From assembly GCA_964016885.1 (NCBI GenBank), contig OZ024740.1, positions 6,944,001 to 7,008,000 on the forward strand: a stretch of 64,000 bases of DNA. The letters are read 5' to 3'. The notes under the pieces were generated by a model. That model searched no databases. It worked only from the letters and a program-made list of their open reading frames with translations, and was not told the origin of the DNA. The DNA is from Eledone cirrhosa (Eukaryota). The number at the start of each line of letters is the position of its first letter. The stretch's first letter is position 1. Below are positions 55,201-64,000 of this stretch, in pieces. The position numbers and the translations under genes were made by a program.

Positions 55201-58200
55201 TATCATCCAATATCGGACCTGCCAACCTCTGGTATACTACATTAGACACTATCATCCAATATCGGACCTGCCAACCTCTGGTATACTACATTAGACACTA
55301 TCATCCAATATCGGACCTGCCAACCTCTGGTATACTACATTAGACACTATCATCCAATATCGGACCTGCCAACCTCTGGTATAATACATTAGACACTATC
55401 ATCCAATATCGGACCTGCCAAACTCTGGTATACTACATTAGACACTATCATCCAATATCGGACCTGTCAACCTCTGCTATACTACATTAGACACTATCAT
55501 CCAATATCGGACCTGCCAACCTCTGGTGTAATACATTAGACACTATCATCCAATATCGGACCTGCCAACCTCTGGTGTAATACATTAGACACTATCATCC
55601 AATATCGGACCTGCCAACCTCTGGTGTAATACATTAGACACTATCATCCAATATCGGACCTGCCAACCGCTGGTGTTATACAATAGACACTATCATCCAA
55701 TATCGGACCTGCCAACCTCTGGTATACTACATTAGACACTATCATCCAATATCGGACCTGCCAACCTCTGGTGTAATACATTAGACACTATCATCCAATA
55801 TCGGACCTGCCAACCTCTGGTGTAATACAATAGACACTATCATCCAATATCGGACCTGCCAACCTCTGGTATACTACATTAGACACTATCATCCAATATC
55901 GGACCTGCCAACCTCTGGTATACTACAATAGACACTATCATCCAATATCGGACCTGCCAACCTCTGGTATACTACATTAGACACTATCATCCAATATCGG
56001 ACCTGCCAACCTCTGGTATACTACATTAGACACTATCATCCAATATCGGACCTGCCAACCTCTGGTGAAATACATTAGACACTATCATCCAATATCGGAC
56101 CTGCCAACCTCTGGTATACTACATTAGACACTATCATCCAATATCGGACCTGCCAACCTCTGGTGTAATACATTAGACACTATCATCCAATATCGGACCT
56201 GCCAACCTCTGGTATACTACATTAGACACTATCATCCAATATCGGACCTGCCAACCTCTGGTGTAATACATTAGACACTATCATCCAATATCGGACCTGC
56301 CAACCTCTGGTGTAATACATTAGACACTATCATCCAATATCGGACTTGCCAACCTCTGGTGTAATACATTAGACACTATCATCCAATATCGGACCTGTCA
56401 ACCTCTGGTATACTACATTAGACACTATCATCCAATATCGGACCTGCCAACCTCTGGTGTAATACATTAGACACTATCATCCAATATCGGACCTGCCAAC
56501 CTCTGGTATACTACATTAGACACTATCATCCAATATCGGACCTGCCAACCTCTGGTATACTACAATAGACACTATCATCCAATATCGGACCTGCCAACCT
56601 CTGGTGTAATACATTAGACACTATCATCCAATATCGGACCTGCCAACCTCTGGTGTAATACATTAGACACTATCATCCAATATCGGACTTGCCAACCTCT
56701 GGTGTAATACATTAGACACTATCATCCAATATCGGACCTGCCAACCTCTGGTATACTACATTAGACACTATCATCCAATATCGGACCTGCCAAGCTCTGG
56801 TGTAATACATTAGACACTATCATCCAATATCGGACCTGCCAACCTCTGGTATAATACATTAGACACTATCATCCAATATCGGACCTGCCAACCTCTGGTG
56901 TAATACATTAGACACTATCATCCAATATCGGACTTGCCAACCTCTGGTGTAATACATTAGACACGATCATCCAATATCGGACCTGCCAACCTCTGGTATA
57001 CTACATTAGACACTATCATCCAATATCGGACTTGCCAACCTCTGGTGTAATACATTAGACACTATCATCCAATATCGGACTTGCCAACCTCTGGTGTAAT
57101 ACATTAGACACTATCATCCAATATCGGACTTGCCAACCTCTGGTATACTACATTAGACACGATCATCCAATATCGGACCTGCCAACCTCTGGTGTAATAC
57201 ATTAGACACTATCATCCAATATCGGACCTGCCAACCTCTGGTGTAATACATTAGACACTATCATCCAATATCGGACCTGCCAACCTCTGGTGTAATACAT
57301 TAGACACTATCATCCAATATCGTACCTGCCAACCTCTGGTATACTACATTAGACACTATCATCCAATATCGGACCTGCGAACCTCTGGTATAATACATTA
57401 GACACTATCATCCAATATCGGACCTGCCAACCTCTGGTATACTACATTAGACACTATCATCCAATATCGGACCTGCCAACCTCTGGTATAATACATTAGA
57501 CACTATCATCCAATATCGGACTTGCCAACCTCTGTTATACTACATTAGACACTATCATCCAATATCGGACCTGCCAACCTCTGGTGTAATACATTAGACA
57601 CTATCATCCAATATCGGACCTGCCAACCTCTGGTATAATACATTAGACACTATCATCCAATATCGGACCTGCCAACCTCTGGTATACTACATTAGACACT
57701 ATCATCCAATATCGGACCTGCCAACCTCTGGTGAAATACATTAGACACTATCATCCAATATCGGACCTGCCAACCTCTGGTATACTACATTAGACACTAT
57801 CATCCAATATCGGACCTGCCAACCTCTGGTGTAATACATTAGACACTATCATCCAATATCGGACCTGCCAACCTCTGGTGTAATACATTAGACACTATCA
57901 TCCAATATCGGACTTGCCAACCTCTGGTGTAATACATTAGACACTATCATCCAATATCGGACCTGCCAACCTCTGGTATACTACATTAGACACTATCATC
58001 CAATATCGGACCTGCCAACCTCTGGTGTAATACATTAGACACTATCATCCAATATCGGACCTGCCAACCTCTGGTATACTACATTAGACACTATCATCCA
58101 ATATCGGACCTGCCAACCTCTGGTATACTACATTAGACACTATCATCCAATATCGGACCTGCCAACCTCTGGTATAATACATTAGACACTATCATCCAAT

Positions 58201-61200
58201 ATCGGACCTGCCAACCTCTGGTATACTACATTAGACACTATCATCCAATATCGGACCTGTCAACCTCTGCTATACTACATTAGACACTATCATCCAATAT
58301 CGGACCTGCCAACCTCTGGTGTAATACATTAGACAATATCATCCAATATCGGACCTGCCAACCTCTGGTGTAATACATTAGACACTATCATCCAATATCG
58401 GACCTGCCAACCTCTGGTATACTACATTAGACACTATCATCCAATATCGGACCTGCCAACCTCTGGTATACTACATTAGACACTATCATCCAATATCGGA
58501 CCTGCCAACCTCTGGTATACTACATTAGACACTATCATCCAATATCGGACCTGCCAACCTCTGGTATAATACATTAGACACTATCATCCAATATCGGACC
58601 TGCCAAACTCTGGTATACTACATTAGACACTATCATCCAATATCGGACCTGTCAACCTCTGCTATACTACATTAGACACTATCATCCAATATCGGACCTG
58701 CCAACCTCTGGTGTAATACATTAGACACTATCATCCAATATCGGACCTGCCAACCTCTGGTGTAATACATTAGACACTATCATCCAATATCGGACCTGCC
58801 AACCTCTGGTGTAATACATTAGACACTATCATCCAATATCGGACCTGCCAACCTCTGGTGTAATACAATAGACACTATCATCCAATATCGGACCTGCCAA
58901 CCTCTGGTATACTACATTAGACACTATCATCCAATATCGGACCTGCCAACCTCTGGTGTAATACATTAGACACTATCATCCAATATCGGACCTGCCAACC
59001 TCTGGTGTAATACAATAGACACTATCATCCAATATCGGACCTGCCAACCTCTGGTATACTACATTAGACACTATCATCCAATATCGGACCTGCCAACCTC
59101 TGGTATACTACAATAGACACTATCATCCAATATCGGACCTGCCAACCTCTGGTATACTACATTAGACACTATCATCCAATATCGGACCTGCCAACCTCTG
59201 GTATACTACATTAGACACTATCATCCAATATCGGACCTGCCAACCTCTGGTGAAATACATTAGACACTATCATCCAATATCGGACCTGCCAACCTCTGGT
59301 ATACTACATTAGACACTATCATCCAATATCGGACCTGCCAACCTCTGGTGTAATACATTAGACACTATCATCCAATATCGGACCTGCCAACCTCTGGTGT
59401 AATACATTAGACACTATCATCCAATATCGGACTTGCCAACCTCTGGTGTAATACATTAGACACTATCATCCAATATCGGACCTGTCAACCTCTGGTATAC
59501 TACATTAGACACTATCATCCAATATCGGACCTGCCAACCTCTGGTGTAATACGTTAGACACTATCATCCAATATCGGACCTGCCAACCTCTGGTATACTA
59601 CATTAGACACTATCATCCAATATCGGACCTGCCAACCTCTGGTATACTACAATAGACACTATCATCCAATATCGGACCTGCCAACCTCTGGTGTAATACA
59701 TTAGACACTATCATCCAATATCGGACCTGCCAACCTCTGGTGTAATACATTAGACACTATCATCCAATATCGGACTTGCCAACCTCTGGTGTAATACATT
59801 AGACACTATCATCCAATATCGGACCTGCCAACCTCTGGTATACTACATTAGACACTATCATCCAATATCGGACCTGACAAGCTCTGGTGTAATACATTAG
59901 ACACTATCATCCAATATCGGACCTGCCAACCTCTGGTATAATACATTAGACACTATCATCCAATATCGGACCTGCCAACCTCTGGTGTAATACATTAGAC
60001 ACTATCATCCAATATCGGACTTGCCAAACTCTGGTGTAATACATTAGACACGATCATCCAATATCGGACCTGCCAACCTCTGGTATACTACATTAGACAC
60101 TATCATCCAATATCGGACTTGCCAACCTCTGGTGTAATACATTAGACACTATCATCCAATATCGGACTTGCCAACCTCTGGTGTAATACATTAGACACTA
60201 TCATCCAATATCGGACCTGCCAACCTCTGGTATACTACATTAGACACTATCATCCAATATCGGACCTGCCAACCTCTGGTGTAATACATTAGACACTATC
60301 ATCCAATATCGGACCTGCCAACCTCTGGTGTAATACATTAGACACTATCATCCAATATCGGACCTGCCAACCTCTGGTATACTACATTAGACACTATCAT
60401 CCAATATCGTACCTGCCAACCTCTGGTATACTACATTAGACACTATCATCCAATATCGGACCTGCCAACCTCTGGTGTAATACATTAGACACTATCATCC
60501 AATATCGGACCTGCCAACCTCTGGTGTAATACATTAGACACTATCATCCAATATCGGACCTGCCAACCTCTGGTATACTACATTAGACACTATCATCCAA
60601 TATCGGACCTGTCAACCTCTGGTGTAATACATTAGACACTATCATCCAATATCGGACCTGCCAACCTCTGGTACACTACATTAGACACTATCATCCAATA
60701 TCGGACCTGCCAACCTCTGGTGTAATACATTAGACACTATCATCCAATATCGGACCTGCCAACCTCTGGTGTAATACATTAGACACTATCATCCAATATC
60801 GGACCTGCCAACCTCTGGTGTAATACATTAGACACTATCATCCAATATCGGACCTGTCAACCTCTGCTATACTACATTAGACACTATCATCCAATATCGG
60901 ACCTGCCAACCTCTGGTATACTACATTAGACACTATCATCCAATATCGGACCTGCCAACCTCTGGTGTAATACATTAGACACTATCATCCAATATCGGAC
61001 CTGCCAACCTCTGGTGTAATACATTAGACACTATCATCCAATATCGGACCTGCCAACCTCTGGTGTAATACATTAGACACTATCATCCAATATCGTACCT
61101 GCCAACCTCTGGTATACTACATTAGACACTATCATCCAATATCGGACCTGCGAACCTCTGGTATAATACATTAGACACTATCATCCAATATCGGACCTGC

Positions 61201-64000
61201 CAACCTCTGGTATACTACATTAGACACTATCATCCAATATCGGACCTGCCAACCTCTGGTATAATACATTAGACACTATCATCCAATATCGGACTTGCCA
61301 ACCTCTGTTATACTACATTAGACACTATCATCCAATATCGGACCTGCCAACCTCTGGTGTAATACATTAGACACTATCATCCAATATCGGACCTGCCAAC
61401 CTCTGGTATAATACATTAGACACTATCATCCAATATCGGACCTGCCAACCTCTGGTATACTACATTAGACACTATCATCCAATATCGGACCTGCCAACCT
61501 CTGGTGAAATACATTAGACACTATCATCCAATATCGGACCTGCCAACCTCTGGTATACTACATTAGACACTATCATCCAATATCGGACCTGCCAACCTCT
61601 GGTGTAATACATTAGACACTATCATCCAATATCGGACCTGCCAACCTCTGGTGTAATACATTAGACACTATCATCCAATATCGGACTTGCCAACCTCTGG
61701 TGTAATACATTAGACACTATCATCCAATATCGGACCTGTCAACCTCTGGTATACTACATTAGACACTATCATCCAATATCGGACCTGCCAACCTCTGGTG
61801 TAATACATTAGACACTATCATCCAATATCGGACCTGCCAACCTCTGGTATACTACATTAGACACTATCATCCAATATCGGACCTGCCAACCTCTGGTATA
61901 CTACAATAGACACTATCATCCAATATCGGACCTGCCAACCTCTGGTGTAATACATTAGACACTATCATCCAATATCGGACCTGCCAACCTCTGGTGTAAT
62001 ACATTAGACACTATCATCCAATATCGGACTTGCCAACCTCTGGTGTAATACATTAGACACTATCATCCAATATCGGACCTGCCAACCTCTGGTATACTAC
62101 ATTAGACACTATCATCCAATATCGGACCTGCCAAGCTCTGGTGTAATACATTAGACTCTATCATCCAATATCGGACCTGCCAACCTCTGGTATAATACAT
62201 TAGACACTATCATCCAATATCGGACCTGCCAACCTCTGGTGTAATACATTAGACACTATCATCCAATATCGGACTTGCCAACCTCTGGTGTAATACATTA
62301 GACACGATCATCCAATATCGGACCTGCCAACCTCTGGTATACTACATTAGACACTATCATCCAATATCGGACTTGCCAACCTCTGGTGTAATACATTAGA
62401 CACTATCATCCAATATCGGACTTGCCAACCTCTGGTGTAATACATTAGACAGTATCATCCAATATCGGACCTGCCAACCTCTGGTATACTACATTAGACA
62501 CTATCATCCAATATCGGACCTGCCAACCTCTGGTGTAATACATTAGACACTATCATCCAATATCGGACCTGCCAACCTCTGGTGTAATACATTAGACACT
62601 ATCATCCAATATCGGACCTGCCAACCTCTGGTATACTACATTAGACACTATCATCCAATATCGTACCTGCCAACCTCTGGTATACTACATTAGACACTAT
62701 CATCCAATATCGGACCTGCCAACCTCTGGTGTAATACATTAGACACTATCATCCAATATCGGACCTGCCAACCTCTGGTGTAATACATTAGACACTATCA
62801 TCCAATATCGGACCTGCCAACCTCTGGTATACTACATTAGACACTATCATCCAATATCGGACCTGTCAACCTCTGGTGTAATACATTAGACACTATCATC
62901 CAATATCGGACCTGCCAACCTCTGGTATACTACATTAGACACTATCATCCAATATCGGACCTGCCAACCTCTGGTGTAATACATTAGACACTATCATCCA
63001 ATATCGGACCTGCCAACCTCTGGTGTAATACATTAGACACTATCATCCAATATCGGACCTGCCAACCTCTGGTGTAATACATTAGACACTATCATCCAAT
63101 ATCGGACCTGTCAACCTCTGCTATACTACATTAGACACTATCATCCAATATCGGACCTGCCAACCTCTGGTATACTACATTAGACACTATACTCCAATAT
63201 CGGACCTGCCAACCTCTGGTGTAATACATTAGACACTATCATCCAATATCGGACCTGCCAACCTCTGGTGTAATACATTAGACACTATCATCCAATATCG
63301 GACCTGCCAACCTCTGGTGTAATACATTAGACACTATCATCCAATATCGTACCTGCCAACCTCTGGTATACTACATTAGACACTATCATCCAATATCGGA
63401 CCTGCGAACCTCTGGTATAATACATTAGACACTATCATCCAATATCGGACCTGCCAACCTCTGGTATACTACATTAGACACTATCATCCAATATCGGACC
63501 TGCCAACCTCTGGTATAATACATTAGACACTATCATCCAATATCGGACTTGCCAACCTCTGTTATACTACATTAGACACTATCATCCAATATCGGACCTG
63601 CCAACCTCTGGTGTAATACATTAGACACTATCATCCAATATCGGACCTGCCAACCTCTGGTATAATACATTAGACACTATCATCCAATATCGGACCTGCC
63701 AACCTCTGGTATACTACATTAGACACTATCATCCAATATCGGACCTGCGAACCTCTGGTATAATACATTAGACACTATCATCCAATATCGGACCTGCCAA
63801 CCTCTGGTATACTACATTAGACACTATCATCCAATATCGGACCTGCCAACCTCTGGTATAATACATTAGACACTATCATCCAATATCGGACCTGCCAACC
63901 TCTGGTGTAATACATTAGACACTATCATCCAATATCGGACCTGCCAACCTCTGGTGTAATACATTAGACACTATCATCCAATATCGGACTTGCCAACCTC
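49202..64000. repeat. Satellite C, 49-bp unit (CTGGTGTAATACATTAGACACTATCATCCAATATCGGACCTGCCAACCT), ~300 copies, runs off the right edge
   Basis: Read directly; essentially indel-free, with two main variants GGTGTAATAC and GGTATACTAC. Confidence 0.98.

Noticed and set aside
1-64000. CRISPR-like arrays
   Set aside because: Units are head-to-tail with no unique spacers, there are no cas genes, and the context is eukaryotic.

Overview
This is eukaryotic, heterochromatin-like DNA with no convincing intact protein-coding gene. The SINE/RTE/Penelope content and dense (TA)n, (CAT)n and (CA)n microsatellites suggest a coleoid cephalopod such as Octopus (inference). About 80% of the window is tandem repeat: a 45-bp satellite (1-12.5 kb), a 38-bp array (14-18.7 kb), a 26-bp array (19-20.1 kb), a second unrelated 45-bp satellite (30.5-49 kb), a 200-N gap, and a 49-bp satellite (49.2-64 kb). 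The huge ORFs in the track are stop-free readings of these arrays. The 12.5-30.5 kb island holds decayed retroelements: RTE-clade LINE fragments, tRNA-derived SINEs, a 5'-truncated Penelope-like element (RT thumb plus GIY-YIG) and Helitron-like ends. The most notable observations are four. (i) Several arrays can be traced to their source: the 38-mer is an RTE coding segment, the 26-mer is a SINE tail inside a 12-bp TSD, and a 49-bp duplication is starting inside a SINE. (ii) There are two complete and one truncated type I hammerhead-ribozyme-like motifs, one overlapping an inverted copy of the first satellite's core. (iii) The second 45-bp satellite may have amplified the start codon of a spliced gene. 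(iv) A 1.7-kb palindrome switches strand at CTCATGAG.
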